The notes beneath the pieces were generated by a model. That model worked only from the letters and a program-made list of their open reading frames with translations, did no database searches and had not been told where the DNA came from. This document shows positions 1 to 10,390 of a stretch of DNA of 64,000 nucleotides, one piece after another (positions within the stretch are counted from its first letter, which is position 1; each line of letters starts with the position of its first letter). The stretch spans positions 22,217 to 86,216 of the forward strand of contig JBBQZX010000026.1 in assembly GCA_038207335.1 (NCBI GenBank), in the 5' to 3' direction. This DNA is from Chthoniobacterales bacterium. GTDB lineage: Bacteria > Verrucomicrobiota > Verrucomicrobiia > Chthoniobacterales > Chthoniobacteraceae. A program made the translations under genes and the position numbers.

Positions 1-359
1 TAGCTGATGTCGGTGTCCCGGACGGGGGCGTCGAAGCGCGCGGCGCTGACCTTTTCGGTGCCGCCGCGGGTGATTTCCTCGAGCCGGGAGCTGCGGTCGA
101 GGAGGCGGAGCTGGATGGTCTGGGGGGGGGTGGTGAATTCGTAGCGGATGGTGGTGCCGTCGATGACCATGCGGAAGGGAAGGACCTTTGAGCCGTTGCG
201 AAGGCGGCCGTTGAGGGTCTGGTGCTGGGCGGCCTGGGCCATGCGGACGGTCTTGAGGATTTCGCGCGCGTCGGGCGTGGGCTCGGCGACCGCGAGGCCG
301 CTCAGGCACAGGCCTGCGAGGAAAAACAAACGCTGCTTTACAGCGCGGTGAGTGCTCAT
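1..359 (-). CDS. Partial CDS (runs off window start): secreted LolA-like / outer membrane lipoprotein-sorting protein
   Basis: Manual translation from ATG at 359: MSTHRAVKQRLFFLAGLCLSGLAVAEP...FDAPVRDTDISY. Signal peptide plus a TDISY(ED)-like motif typical of this family. Not in the ORF track because it is open-ended. Confidence 0.55.
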   Translation of the reverse strand, partial: MSTHRAVKQRLFFLAGLCLSGLAVAEPTPDAREILKTVRMAQAAQHQTLNGRLRNGSKVLPFRMVIDGTTIRYEFTTPPQTIQLRLLDRSSRLEEITRGGTEKVSAARFDAPVRDTDIS

Positions 360-386
360 AACGTCGGGACACTCCGCCATTCCCGA

Positions 387-1064
387 ATGGACCAAAAGCT
401 CCTTTTTCTCATCAATCGCGAGTGGATAAATCCGACGCTCGACCGGGTGATGACGATCGCTTCGAGCTTCGATGTGTGGCTGCTGCCGCTGCTTGTGCTC
501 TTGGTGTGCGTGGGATGGCTTGGGGGTTTCACGGCACGGGCGTTTTTGATCACGGCGGCGCTGGTGGTGGCTGTGAATGACGGGTTGGTGTCGAACACTT
601 TGAAGAAGCTGGTGGATCGGCCGCGGCCATTCCAATCGCACAATGATGTGCGGCAACTGGATCTGGCGAAGGCGCGGCCGCGCATCCTGGCGCTGGGTGC
701 GCCGCTGAAGATCAAGCTTTCGCGTGCGAATCTGGACGACGTGGATGGCCGGAGTTTTCCCTCCTCGCACACGATCAACAACTTCTCGATTGCCACGATT
801 TGCGCGGCATTTTACCGGCGTTGGGGCTGGCTGGCGTTTTTCCCCGCGGCGGTCGTCGGCTACTCGCGCATCTATACTGGCGCGCATTGGCCGAGCGATG
901 TGCTGACCACGATCCCCCTCGCGATCGGCTCGACGCTGCTGCTGCTGGCGCTCTCAGAATGGCTCTGGCAAAGGATCGGCGGGCGATGCCTGCCGCGCGT
1001 GGCCGCAGAGCACCCGTCACTTTTCCACCGCGAGGCATCGCTGAATCGGAGCGCTGCAGTATGA
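387..1064 (+). CDS. PAP2-family phosphatase (undecaprenyl-PP/lipid A phosphatase-like)
   Basis: Motifs KKLVDRPRP, SFPSSH and SRIYTGAHWPSDV; start at MDQKLLFL; ATGA overlap with the next gene. Confidence 0.9.
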   Translation: MDQKLLFLINREWINPTLDRVMTIASSFDVWLLPLLVLLVCVGWLGGFTARAFLITAALVVAVNDGLVSNTLKKLVDRPRPFQSHNDVRQLDLAKARPRILALGAPLKIKLSRANLDDVDGRSFPSSHTINNFSIATICAAFYRRWGWLAFFPAAVVGYSRIYTGAHWPSDVLTTIPLAIGSTLLLLALSEWLWQRIGGRCLPRVAAEHPSLFHREASLNRSAAV

Positions 1065-2761
1065 CCCCGCGTCGCTGGCTTTTCCTCTTTCTCGCGCTGC
1101 TCACGGCGCTGCGGCTGGTCTTCATCGCGCAGGCGGAGCTGACTCCCGACGAGGCGTATTACCAGATGTGGAGCGAGCGGATGGACATTTGCTTTTACAG
1201 CAAAGGCCCCGGCGTGGCGGCGACCATCTGGCTGGGGACGCATCTTTTCGGCGTGAATGAATTCGGCGTTCGCGTCTTCAGCCCGCTGCTCGCGCTGGGC
1301 ACTTCGCTGCTCATGTTCTCCTTCGCCCGCCGGCTTTACGGCGAGTCCGTCGGCATCTGGACCGCGCTCGCGATCAATGCCGTGCCGATCTTCAACGCCG
1401 GCAGTCTGCTGATGACGATCGACCCGCTCTCGATCTTTTTTTGGACTGCGGCGCTCTACACATGCTGGCTGGCGCTGGAGCGAAGTCCGGAGTTCAGCCG
1501 CTGGTGGCCGATTACCGGTGGGCTGATCGGGCTGGGGTTTCTCTGCAAATATACGAACGCAATGGAGCTGCTCAGTATCCTGCTCCTGCTCGCGTTCACG
1601 CGGAAATTCCGCCGCGAGCTCGCGCGCCGCGGCTTCTATACGATGCTCGCGGCATTCGTGCCCTTCACGCTGCCCCCAATCATCTGGAATGCCCGGCACG
1701 ACTGGATCACGCTCTCGCACCTGAGCGCGCGCGGTGGCTTGCAGAAGGCGTTTCACCTCGATCCCAAGGAGTTCTTCAGCTTCTTCGGGGTCCACTACGG
1801 CGCTTACTCACTACTCCTTTTTTCCGCGATGATCTTCGCTGTGATCTGGGCGTTCCCGCAGGCCAAACATCACTTCAAACCGCGTTTCCTTCTCGCCTTC
1901 ACGCTTCCGCTATGGGTCCTGTATCTATGGCTCTCGCTCAAGCAAGCGGGCGAGGCAAACTGGACTGCCCCCGCGATGGTGAGTCTTGTGATACTCACTG
2001 TGGCAGGATGGCGTGAGGTCGTGAAACGAGCCGTACTCATGAGTGCCATTCTCTTAATCGGAGGCGCTGGCGTGGCTCTCTTCAAATTGCCGATTCAGAT
2101 GGGGGCGACCGTCTCAGTTATTGCGTGTGGCTGCGCCTACCTCCTTGCTTCCATCCGAGATCGGGAAGGACTGTCTGCGTTTGTCGCGCTATCGGTGGGG
2201 ATCGTTCTTTCAGTGCTCGCGCTCGACACGGACTTGCTGCGAATCGCCGGGGTCCCGCTTCCGTACAGCGCCGACCCGAGCAAACGGTTGCGCGGTTGGC
2301 GCACTTCGGCGGGGGAAATCGAGCGGGTGCGCGCTGAATTCGAGGCGAAGACCGGCAAGCCCGTGTTCATGATTGCGAACACGTATGGCGTCGCGGCCGA
2401 CCTCGCTTTTTATCTCAAAGACAAACGCGCCGAAGGGCCGGGGCATCCGCCGATTTACTTTCCGGAATCGCCGGCGATAGAGAACCAGTTCTCGTTTTGG
2501 CCGCGCTACGACGAGTTCATCAGCGTGCCGCGCGATCAGCTCCCGGACTCGTATTACACGGAGGAGCAGGGGATCAATCCGTTCCACGGGCGCACTGCGC
2601 TTTACGTCACCGACCGGGCCGAAGAGCGCGTGCCATCGACGCTGAAGAGCGGCTTCGAGCGAACAGAGATGATCGCGTGCATTGATCAGTCTCGGCGGGG
2701 GCTTCCGCTGCGGCAGTGGCGTGTCTTCGCGTGCTACAACTATCGCAGCGCGTCGTTGTGA
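1061..2761 (+). CDS. ArnT/GT39-like integral membrane glycosyltransferase
   Basis: PDEAYY and SKGP motifs, many TM segments, GLGFLCKYT; coupled to the PAP2 gene. Confidence 0.85.
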   Translation: MTPRRWLFLFLALLTALRLVFIAQAELTPDEAYYQMWSERMDICFYSKGPGVAATIWLGTHLFGVNEFGVRVFSPLLALGTSLLMFSFARRLYGESVGIWTALAINAVPIFNAGSLLMTIDPLSIFFWTAALYTCWLALERSPEFSRWWPITGGLIGLGFLCKYTNAMELLSILLLLAFTRKFRRELARRGFYTMLAAFVPFTLPPIIWNARHDWITLSHLSARGGLQKAFHLDPKEFFSFFGVHYGAYSLLLFSAMIFAVIWAFPQAKHHFKPRFLLAFTLPLWVLYLWLSLKQAGEANWTAPAMVSLVILTVAGWREVVKRAVLMSAILLIGGAGVALFKLPIQMGATVSVIACGCAYLLASIRDREGLSAFVALSVGIVLSVLALDTDLLRIAGVPLPYSADPSKRLRGWRTSAGEIERVRAEFEAKTGKPVFMIANTYGVAADLAFYLKDKRAEGPGHPPIYFPESPAIENQFSFWPRYDEFISVPRDQLPDSYYTEEQGINPFHGRTALYVTDRAEERVPSTLKSGFERTEMIACIDQSRRGLPLRQWRVFACYNYRSASL

Positions 2762-2811
2762 GCCGCCGCCAAACCGCTTCCATTCTCGGCGCGCGCCGAT
2801 AAAAACAGCGG

Positions 2812-3519
2812 ATGATTTCCGTCGTGATTCCGCTCTACAACGAGGAGGACAATGTCCGCGCACTCCAGCAGGAGCTCACCTCCGCGCTCGCCGGAATCCC
2901 GCACGAGATCATCCTCATCGACGACTGCTCCAGCGACCAGACTCTCGCGCGGATCGAGCGCACGCCAGAGACTCGCGTGCTCGAGTTTGAAAAGAACACC
3001 GGCCAGAGCGCCGCGATGTTTGCCGGAATCCGCGCTGCTCGCGGCGAGGTGATCGTGCTGCTCGATGGCGATCTGCAAAACGATCCCGCCGACATCCCGC
3101 GAATGCTCGCCGAAATCGAGCGCGGCGCGGACCTCGTCTGCGGCTATCGCGCGAACCGCAAGGACACGCTTTCAAAAAAGCTGACGAGCCGCGTGGCAAA
3201 TGCGGTGCGAAGCCGGTTCACGCGCGACGGCGTGCGCGACACGGGCTGCACGCTGAAGGCAATGCGGACCGTATGCCGCGAGGCGCTCGTGCCATTTTAC
3301 GGGATGCACCGCTTCATCCCCGCGCTCGTGAAAGGGCTCGGGTACAAGCTCGTCGAGATGCCGGTAAATCATCGCCCGCGCACCGCCGGCGTGAGCAAAT
3401 ACGGGTTCGGCAACCGCGCAATCAAGGCGACGATGGACATGTTCGCCGTCCGCTGGATGCTTTCGCGCCAGCTCAAAATCCGCATCAAGCCGGAAGCCGA
3501 ACTCAGCAGCCCGGGCTGA
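2812..3519 (+). CDS. GT2 glycosyltransferase (ArnC/polyprenol-phosphate sugar synthase-like)
   Basis: SVVIPLYNEE, DDCSSD, DGDLQNDP, DTGCTLKA, HRFIPAL motifs. Confidence 0.9.
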   Translation: MISVVIPLYNEEDNVRALQQELTSALAGIPHEIILIDDCSSDQTLARIERTPETRVLEFEKNTGQSAAMFAGIRAARGEVIVLLDGDLQNDPADIPRMLAEIERGADLVCGYRANRKDTLSKKLTSRVANAVRSRFTRDGVRDTGCTLKAMRTVCREALVPFYGMHRFIPALVKGLGYKLVEMPVNHRPRTAGVSKYGFGNRAIKATMDMFAVRWMLSRQLKIRIKPEAELSSPG

Positions 3520-4627
3520 CGATCCGCGCCACGCGGCGACCGATGCCGGTGAAGATTTCCCACGGGATGGCCCCGGCTTTTTGCGCGAGTTCCGTCGCGG
3601 AAATCTCGTCGTTGCCATCGCGCCCGAGCAGCACGACTTCCTCTCCCGCCTGCACCCCGGTGAGGCCGGAGCAATCGACCATAATTTGATCCATGGTGAC
3701 GCGACCAAGCACGGGGCAGCGTTTGCCGCGAATGAGCACCTCCGCATCGCGCCCCGTGAGGTGCCGCTGATAGCCGTCCGCATACCCAACGGCGAGTGTC
3801 GCAACGTGCATGGGATGCTTCGCCGTGAAAGTGCGCCCGTAGCTCACCGTGCGACCCGCGCCGATCTCGCGGACGAGCGTGACGCGGGTCTTCCATGTCA
3901 GCACGGGTTGCAGGCGCGGCTGAAATTCTGCGCGCGGGGAGCACCCGTAAAGCATGAGTCCGGCGCGCACCATGCCGCCGCTCTCCGGGCCGAATACGAT
4001 GAGCCCCGCGCTGTTCGCGATGTGGCTCACCGCCCCGGAAACCCCGCCAGCACCGCATTCCGAGAGCAACGCGCAGAAGCGCGCGTGCTGCGTCTCGGTG
4101 AAACGATCATCTTCATCGGAGACCGGAAAGTGCGAGGCGATGCCGGTGACTTCGATCCCCGGCATCGCGACGATTTCTCGCAGGGCCGCGAGCGCCTCCG
4201 CCTGCCAGACGCCAATGCGGCCCATGCCCGTATCGATGTTGAGGTGAACCGGCACCCGCTTCCCTGAAGCAGCGAGCGCGCTGAAAGCAGCGGCTTCCTC
4301 GACAGTCGAAATCGACGGCAAAAAGCCGCGCGCTACGATATCCGCGCGCTCGGCGGGCAGTGCGGGGGAGAGAAGATGGATCGCGCGCGAACCAGCCTCG
4401 GCGCTGATCTCGCAGGCCTCCTCGAGATTCGCGACGCCGAACATTTCCACTGAATCCACGAGCGCGCACACCACCGGCAGCACGCCGTGGCCGTAAGCAT
4501 CGGCCTTCACGATCGCCATAATTTTCACCACCCCCCCGACGCGCGCTCGGACGGCGGCAGCATTGTGGCGCAGTGCATCCAGATCAATCTCGGCCCAACA
4601 GCGGTGATTCGTGGCGGAGATCTTCAC
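3503..4627 (-). CDS. alr: Alanine racemase
   Basis: PLP-lysine motif AIVKADAYGHG, IDTGMGRIG, VSYG, GYADG, GRVTMDQ; GTG start at 4627 inferred. Confidence 0.95.
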   Translation of the reverse strand: MKISATNHRCWAEIDLDALRHNAAAVRARVGGVVKIMAIVKADAYGHGVLPVVCALVDSVEMFGVANLEEACEISAEAGSRAIHLLSPALPAERADIVARGFLPSISTVEEAAAFSALAASGKRVPVHLNIDTGMGRIGVWQAEALAALREIVAMPGIEVTGIASHFPVSDEDDRFTETQHARFCALLSECGAGGVSGAVSHIANSAGLIVFGPESGGMVRAGLMLYGCSPRAEFQPRLQPVLTWKTRVTLVREIGAGRTVSYGRTFTAKHPMHVATLAVGYADGYQRHLTGRDAEVLIRGKRCPVLGRVTMDQIMVDCSGLTGVQAGEEVVLLGRDGNDEISATELAQKAGAIPWEIFTGIGRRVARIVSPGC

Positions 4628-4817
4628 GAAGCGAGTGATTGAGCGGACGGGCGGAGGAGAATTGCGTGCAAAATGATCGTAAAATCGATGCGGCAGGTCC
4701 GCGAAAGGCATGTCATTTCAACAATTCGCGCGATCTTCAATCCCGTTCCCGCGAGCTCTGTGCTTGAATTTCGCGTGCCTGCTTCTATCAACGCACGCCG
4801 ACTTTCTCATTCGTATT

Positions 4818-5561
4818 ATGCCGAAACATTGCTTCTCACTACTCGCCGCGCTTCTGCTCACGAGCGTCGCCACTTTCGCTGCGGAGACCGCGCCCCAGAC
4901 GCCAATGCTTCTCGCGAAAAACACGATGGCGTCCGCAACTCCGAGTGAAAGCGACGCACCGAAAAAGCCTGGGTTTTTCAAGCGCGTCTTCGGCGCGAAG
5001 CCTGTAGCGACGCCGATTCCCATCGAGAAAGCGACGCCGAAGCCGCAGCGGACAACGCGCAAAACGCGCCCTACGCCAGCTGCGCACAATGACGAGGAGG
5101 ATGCGAAGCCGACGGTGGAAAAGGATGACAAGAATGAGGATAAAAAGGGCGCGGAGTCCGCTGACTCCAAACCGCCAGAACCGGAGAAGCCTGCACCGTC
5201 CGCGCCGGAAGACGCCAAGCCGCCTGCGCCGGAGAAGCCACCTGTCGAATCCAAGCACGGCAAAAAAGGCGCGCCTCCAGTGGCGAAGAAGACCGGGAAC
5301 ACGCCTCCTGAAGGATTGGATGCCGAGGGCTTGGAGAAGTGGAAATACAACGATGCGAAAGCGAAAGCACTCGAAGATCCCGAGATCGTGGAATTGAAAC
5401 ACAAAGCGGACGCGACGCCGGATGAAGCAGAAGGCCGGAAAGCCCTGCGCGCCTACAATCGCGCGCTTTACAACAAGATGCGTCGGATCGATCCGAGCAT
5501 CAAAGACCGCATCGACCGGATAGAAGCGGGTGTGATGAAACGCCTCGGCGGCACGGAGTAA
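4818..5561 (+). CDS. Secreted Pro/Lys-rich hypothetical protein with helical C-terminal domain
   Basis: Signal peptide MPKHCFSLLAALLLTSVATFA, low-complexity P/K/E middle, helical C-terminus. Confidence 0.7.
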   Translation: MPKHCFSLLAALLLTSVATFAAETAPQTPMLLAKNTMASATPSESDAPKKPGFFKRVFGAKPVATPIPIEKATPKPQRTTRKTRPTPAAHNDEEDAKPTVEKDDKNEDKKGAESADSKPPEPEKPAPSAPEDAKPPAPEKPPVESKHGKKGAPPVAKKTGNTPPEGLDAEGLEKWKYNDAKAKALEDPEIVELKHKADATPDEAEGRKALRAYNRALYNKMRRIDPSIKDRIDRIEAGVMKRLGGTE

Positions 5562-5564
5562 AAG

Positions 5565-6272
5565 TCAGCGCGCGGCGACCGCGATTGCCGGCTTGGCCGG
5601 GCCAAATCGCTGCGTTTGCACGGCGTCGGCGATCGCGCCGGCGAGCTTTTCCCGGTAGCTGCCGACCGAGCATCGGCGGCCCTCCGCGGGATTGCTGAGG
5701 TATCCGCACTCGACGAGGACCGCCGGGAATTCGTTCAGTTTCAGCACGCGGAAATTTGCGAGCCGGATGCCGCGCGACGACGCACCCGGCACTGCCGAAA
5801 CGCTCGCGAGAATCCGTCGCGCGAGATCGTGCGAGGCGGGCGATTTGTAATAGACCTCCGTGCCATGGATCGCGCGCGCCGGAGAGTCGTTGAAGTGGAT
5901 GCTCACAAAAATCGCGTTATTCTGCCGATTCGAGATGCGGGCGCGCTGGTTGAGTTCGATGAATTCATCCCGACTTCGAGTGAGCACAGTGCGAAACCCA
6001 TCCGCGCGCAACTTCACATCTAGCTGCCGTGCAACTTCCAGTGTCGCGTCCTTCTCTGCGCCGCTCCACCGTGACCGCGTGCCTGAGTCATGCCCGCCGT
6101 GACCGGCATCGATGACGACGGTGTGAAAAGTGTGGCTCGTGTCCTTCACCTGCGTCCCCGCGCAACCGCTCATCAGCGCCGCGCCGAGCATCGCTAATGC
6201 GAGGGCGAGGCGGCTCCGCTTGCTATCGCCGGATGCGTCCGGGATCTTCGCTGCGATGATCGATGGCTTCAT
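5565..6272 (-). CDS. N-acetylmuramoyl-L-alanine amidase (Amidase_3), probable lipoprotein
   Basis: [32 protein letters not shown]; lipobox-like LMSGC; start uncertain. Confidence 0.9.
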   Translation of the reverse strand: MKPSIIAAKIPDASGDSKRSRLALALAMLGAALMSGCAGTQVKDTSHTFHTVVIDAGHGGHDSGTRSRWSGAEKDATLEVARQLDVKLRADGFRTVLTRSRDEFIELNQRARISNRQNNAIFVSIHFNDSPARAIHGTEVYYKSPASHDLARRILASVSAVPGASSRGIRLANFRVLKLNEFPAVLVECGYLSNPAEGRRCSVGSYREKLAGAIADAVQTQRFGPAKPAIAVAAR

Positions 6273-6279
6273 TTTCAGG

Positions 6280-8493
6280 ATGTGGAAATTTGCGGTCTTA
6301 CTCATCGCAGCCGCGATAGCATGTCAAGCGGTCGAACCCGCAAAGCCCATGAATACAGCATCTCCAGCCGCCCACACGAATCATCTCGCGGGCGAGAAGT
6401 CGCCGTATCTCCTTCAACACGCGCAAAATCCTGTCGATTGGTATCCGTGGGGGCCGGAGGCCTTTGACAAGGCGCGCCGGGAGGAAAAGCCGATCTTTCT
6501 CTCGGTCGGATATTCGACCTGCCATTGGTGCCACGTCATGGCGCACGAGTCATTTGAAAACCCGGAAACCGCGGCGCTGATGAACGAGAGCTTCGTGAAC
6601 ATCAAAGTGGATCGCGAGGAGCGGCCCGACGTGGATCGTGTTTACATGACTTTCGTGCAGGCAACGACAGGCGGCGGCGGCTGGCCGATGAGCGTTTTTC
6701 TCACGCCAGATTTGAAGCCGTTTCTCGGCGGCACCTATTATCCGCCCGAGGATCGTGGCGGGCGCCCGGGTTTCCCGACCGTGCTAAAACGCATCGCCAC
6801 AGCGTGGAAAAGCGACCGCAAAAACATCATCGAGCACGGCAACACAGTGGCTGAGCAGCTCCGTGAATATGCGGGCGCGAGCGCTCCAACGGAGACGCTC
6901 GAGGCAAAGGCCGCGATGGCTGCAGCGCTGGATCAGCTCGCGAAATCTTTCGACGATGAGTGGGGCGGCTTTGGCGATGCTCCGAAATTTCCGCGCCCGG
7001 TTGCACTCAATTTTCTCTTCCGCGCTTTTGCTCGTGAGGGCGCCGATTCGCGCGATGGAAAAGCCGCGCTTGGGATGGCGACGGAGACGCTGAAAAAAAT
7101 GGCTGAGGGCGGGATGCACGATCATCTCGGAGGCGGATTTCACCGCTACTCAGTCGATCGTTTCTGGCACATCCCGCACTTTGAAAAAATGCTCTACGAT
7201 CAGGCGCAACTCGCATCGTCGTATCTCGACGCGTTCCAAATCACACACGCGCCGGACGATAAAAAAGTCGCGCGCGACATTCTCGATTACGTGCAGCGTG
7301 ACATGACGGACAAAGGGGGCGGATTTTACTCCGCAGAGGATGCCGACTCGATTCTGGAGCACGGAAAACCGGAGCACGGCGAGGGTGCGTTCTACGTTTG
7401 GACGAAGTCCGAAATCGACCGCGTGCTCGGCCCCGATGCCGCGTTATTCGATCGTTTCTACGGCGTGGAGCAGGATGGCAACGCGCCGCGCGGCAGCGAT
7501 CCGCTCGGCGAATTCAGTGGGAAAAACACGCTCATCCAGCGGCTCACGGTCGCCGATGCGGCGAAGCTGTTTCGGAAGTCGGAGGAGGAGATTTCCAAGT
7601 CGCTCGCGGAGAGCCGGAAGAAGCTCTTCGACGTGCGCGTGAAGCGTCCTCGGCCGCATCTCGACGACAAGATCATCACGTCGTGGAATGGGCTGATGAT
7701 CTCCGCTTTTGCCCGCGCGGCGCAGATTCTCGAAGACCCGCGGTATCTCGAATCGGCGCAGCGCTCGGCGAAATTCATCCGCGAGAATCTGTGGAAAGGT
7801 GGCGCGCTGCTCCGCAGTTTTCGCGACGGTGCCGGCGATGTCGGCGGATTTGCGGACGACTACGCGGCGCTGACCCAAGGGCTGCTTGATTTGTATGAAG
7901 CCGACTTCGATGTCGCGTGGCTGCAATGGGCGATGGAGCTTCAGAAAAAGCAGGACGAGCTTTTCCTCGACAAGAAAAACGGCGGCTACTTTGGCGTGCA
8001 GGCGGACGCGCCGCACATCCTCATTCGCATGAAAGAGGACTACGATGGCGCGGAGCCTTCGCCGAATTCCATAGCCGCGATGAACCTCCTGCACCTCGCA
8101 CAAATCACCTCCGATTCCGCGCTCCACGAGCGCGCGATGAAAACCATCGGAGCCTTTGCCGATCAGCTTTCCCGGGCGCCGACCGCGCTGCCGCAGATGC
8201 TTTGCGCCGTCGATGCGTCGCTTTCAAAGCCGAGGCAAATCGTGATTGCCGGAGCGCGTGACGACGCGGGGACGCACGCGCTTTTGCGTGAAGTCCACGC
8301 GCACTACATCCCGAACAAACTCGTCCTTTTCGCGGACGGTGGCGCGGGGCAGAAGTGGCTCGGCGAGCGGCTGGAATTCATCCAGACCGTCGCACCGATC
8401 GACGGAAAATCGGCGGCGTATGTTTGCGAGAATTTCGTCTGCCAGCTCCCGACGACGGACGCGGAAAAGCTCCGCGAGCTGCTGTCCAAGTAG
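6280..8493 (+). CDS. Thioredoxin-domain protein, YyaL/SSP411 (DUF255) family
   Basis: [48 protein letters not shown]; start uncertain (6280 or 6349). Confidence 0.92.
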   Translation: MWKFAVLLIAAAIACQAVEPAKPMNTASPAAHTNHLAGEKSPYLLQHAQNPVDWYPWGPEAFDKARREEKPIFLSVGYSTCHWCHVMAHESFENPETAALMNESFVNIKVDREERPDVDRVYMTFVQATTGGGGWPMSVFLTPDLKPFLGGTYYPPEDRGGRPGFPTVLKRIATAWKSDRKNIIEHGNTVAEQLREYAGASAPTETLEAKAAMAAALDQLAKSFDDEWGGFGDAPKFPRPVALNFLFRAFAREGADSRDGKAALGMATETLKKMAEGGMHDHLGGGFHRYSVDRFWHIPHFEKMLYDQAQLASSYLDAFQITHAPDDKKVARDILDYVQRDMTDKGGGFYSAEDADSILEHGKPEHGEGAFYVWTKSEIDRVLGPDAALFDRFYGVEQDGNAPRGSDPLGEFSGKNTLIQRLTVADAAKLFRKSEEEISKSLAESRKKLFDVRVKRPRPHLDDKIITSWNGLMISAFARAAQILEDPRYLESAQRSAKFIRENLWKGGALLRSFRDGAGDVGGFADDYAALTQGLLDLYEADFDVAWLQWAMELQKKQDELFLDKKNGGYFGVQADAPHILIRMKEDYDGAEPSPNSIAAMNLLHLAQITSDSALHERAMKTIGAFADQLSRAPTALPQMLCAVDASLSKPRQIVIAGARDDAGTHALLREVHAHYIPNKLVLFADGGAGQKWLGERLEFIQTVAPIDGKSAAYVCENFVCQLPTTDAEKLRELLSK

Positions 8494-8510
8494 CTGAGTC
8501 CAGTGCGCGG

Positions 8511-9470
8511 CTACCGCGGCGGACCGCCGACGTAGTTCACGCTCGCCGCGACTTTCAGAGCGGTCGCCGCGCCGTCCTCGATTTGCGGCGCGCCGAGGAA
8601 TGTCCGATAAAACAAGACGCCCGCGTTTTTCAGGGCGCCGGTGACTGCGGGTTTTCCGCGGATGATCGGCACAGCAGCCGCGTAACTGAGCAGAGGGATG
8701 CGACGCGGTGCCTCACCCTGCACACCCGCGATCACGATTTGCGGCGTGATATTCAAAATGAGCGCGCCTCCTGCCAGCTCAGCGCTCAACCGCAGCTCCG
8801 TCCCCGCCGCGCTCCACGCGGGCTCCGAATTGTCGATCGCGTGCGACTTTAGTGCCAGCGCCCGGAGCGCACCGATATCCGTGACCTCCCGGACCACCGG
8901 CACATCGACTGGCTTGCCGACCACTAGCGATGCTGAGACCCGCCGCGCGACTGCGTTCTCCTGCCGCCGTTCCACAATCTCGGACCCCACATCCGAGCCG
9001 ACCGGGCGCGGACGGTCGAAATGCGGTGTGCTCGGGATGACCGTCACGCCACCCGATCCGTTCGCGATGATACGCGGCGGATCGTATCGCGAGGGCACCG
9101 GGATTCCCGTCTCCTCCGATGGCGTACGCGGCGCGGGACGCCGCACCGTGCGCTCCGTGAACGTGAGGAAATTCAACTCGACCGGCACGAGTGCGGGGGC
9201 CATTTCCAACTGCGTGAGCACGCGCCGGGCGGCCTCGATATTCGCGGGCGTGTCCGTGATACGCACCGGCCCATCGACACTCACGTATCGAAATGTCCCC
9301 TGCGGTGAAAGTGCCTTGCGGACCGCAGGCGCAACCCAGCCGAGCGGCAGAAATCCGACCTGCACGTCCTCCGTTCGCACGGGTGCCGCCCCGTTTCCGG
9401 CCACCGTCAGGCTGCAGAGAGCGGACGCGAGCAGCAGCGGGAGCGCATTCATCCGTGAAGGTTTCGTCAT
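8511..9470 (-). CDS. Secreted hypothetical protein with a secretin N-domain (NolW-like) segment
   Basis: Signal peptide; segment LSPQGTFRYVSVDGPVRITDTPANIEAARRVLTQLE resembles secretin N3 domains. Confidence 0.5.
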   Translation of the reverse strand: MTKPSRMNALPLLLASALCSLTVAGNGAAPVRTEDVQVGFLPLGWVAPAVRKALSPQGTFRYVSVDGPVRITDTPANIEAARRVLTQLEMAPALVPVELNFLTFTERTVRRPAPRTPSEETGIPVPSRYDPPRIIANGSGGVTVIPSTPHFDRPRPVGSDVGSEIVERRQENAVARRVSASLVVGKPVDVPVVREVTDIGALRALALKSHAIDNSEPAWSAAGTELRLSAELAGGALILNITPQIVIAGVQGEAPRRIPLLSYAAAVPIIRGKPAVTGALKNAGVLFYRTFLGAPQIEDGAATALKVAASVNYVGGPPR

Positions 9471-9613
9471 CGCGCCGCGTCGGTCAAATTTCGAAGTCAG
9501 ACTCACTCAGCTTGCCGATGGGAAGAGTTGTATCACGGCTCGGAGCTCGCGGTTGCAACGGAGCTTGTGCTTTTCCCGGTTGCCGGGCAGAAAACCGCTC
9601 CCCAATCCCCATT

Positions 9614-10366
9614 ATGAAATCCCACGCGTTCGTCGTTGCCTCATGTCTCCTCACTGCCGTCGCTTTTGCGGCGGAGCCGCCCGCAATCCCTGCGGAGCCG
9701 ATCGCGAAAAAGAAGGAGCTGCTTTTCTCGGATGATTTCGAGGGGACGACGACGGATAAGCGGTGGCATAAGGTGGTGGCGACTTTCGCGGTGGAAAATG
9801 GGGCGTTGAAGGGGACGCAGACGCGGACGGAGAATGTGCCGGCGACCGATGGCAAGCCGGAAGTGACGGCGCATGCGGCCGTGCATGGGCTGGAGCTGCC
9901 GACGAAGAATAGTGTGGTGGAGGTGAAGATTCGCTTCGAAGGAGCATCGATGATCGATGTGGAGTTCGACGACCGCGCTTTTACCGGATCGCACTACGGG
10001 CATCTGTGCCGGGCGCAGGTGCGGCTGGACAAGGTGACGATCGTCGATGAGCGGGACGGCTCGCAGAGCAATGCGCTGATCGAGTTGAAGAAGGATGCGG
10101 TGGCGAACAAGGCGGCAATCGGCAAGCTGTATGCGGAGCACAGCGCGAGTTTCCCGGCGAAGTTGGAGGCGGGGAAATGGTATACGATGGGGGTGGAGGT
10201 GGCGGGGGATGAGATGCGGGTGACGATCGATGGGAAGCCGGCGGGGTTCTTGAAGTCGGCGGGGATTGGCCATGAGACGAAGTCGAAGATCGAGCTGGGA
10301 GTGGCGGGGCACGATGGGCTTTTCGACGATATAAAGGTCTGGAACGCAGAGCCGGTGAAACCCTAA
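9614..10366 (+). CDS. Secreted concanavalin/DUF1080-like beta-sandwich protein
   Basis: Signal peptide, ELLFSDDFEG, GKWY...VEV.GD, FDDIKVW. Confidence 0.65.
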   Translation: MKSHAFVVASCLLTAVAFAAEPPAIPAEPIAKKKELLFSDDFEGTTTDKRWHKVVATFAVENGALKGTQTRTENVPATDGKPEVTAHAAVHGLELPTKNSVVEVKIRFEGASMIDVEFDDRAFTGSHYGHLCRAQVRLDKVTIVDERDGSQSNALIELKKDAVANKAAIGKLYAEHSASFPAKLEAGKWYTMGVEVAGDEMRVTIDGKPAGFLKSAGIGHETKSKIELGVAGHDGLFDDIKVWNAEPVKP

Positions 10367-10390
10367 GGCGCACTTTTTCCTCTCACTGTC

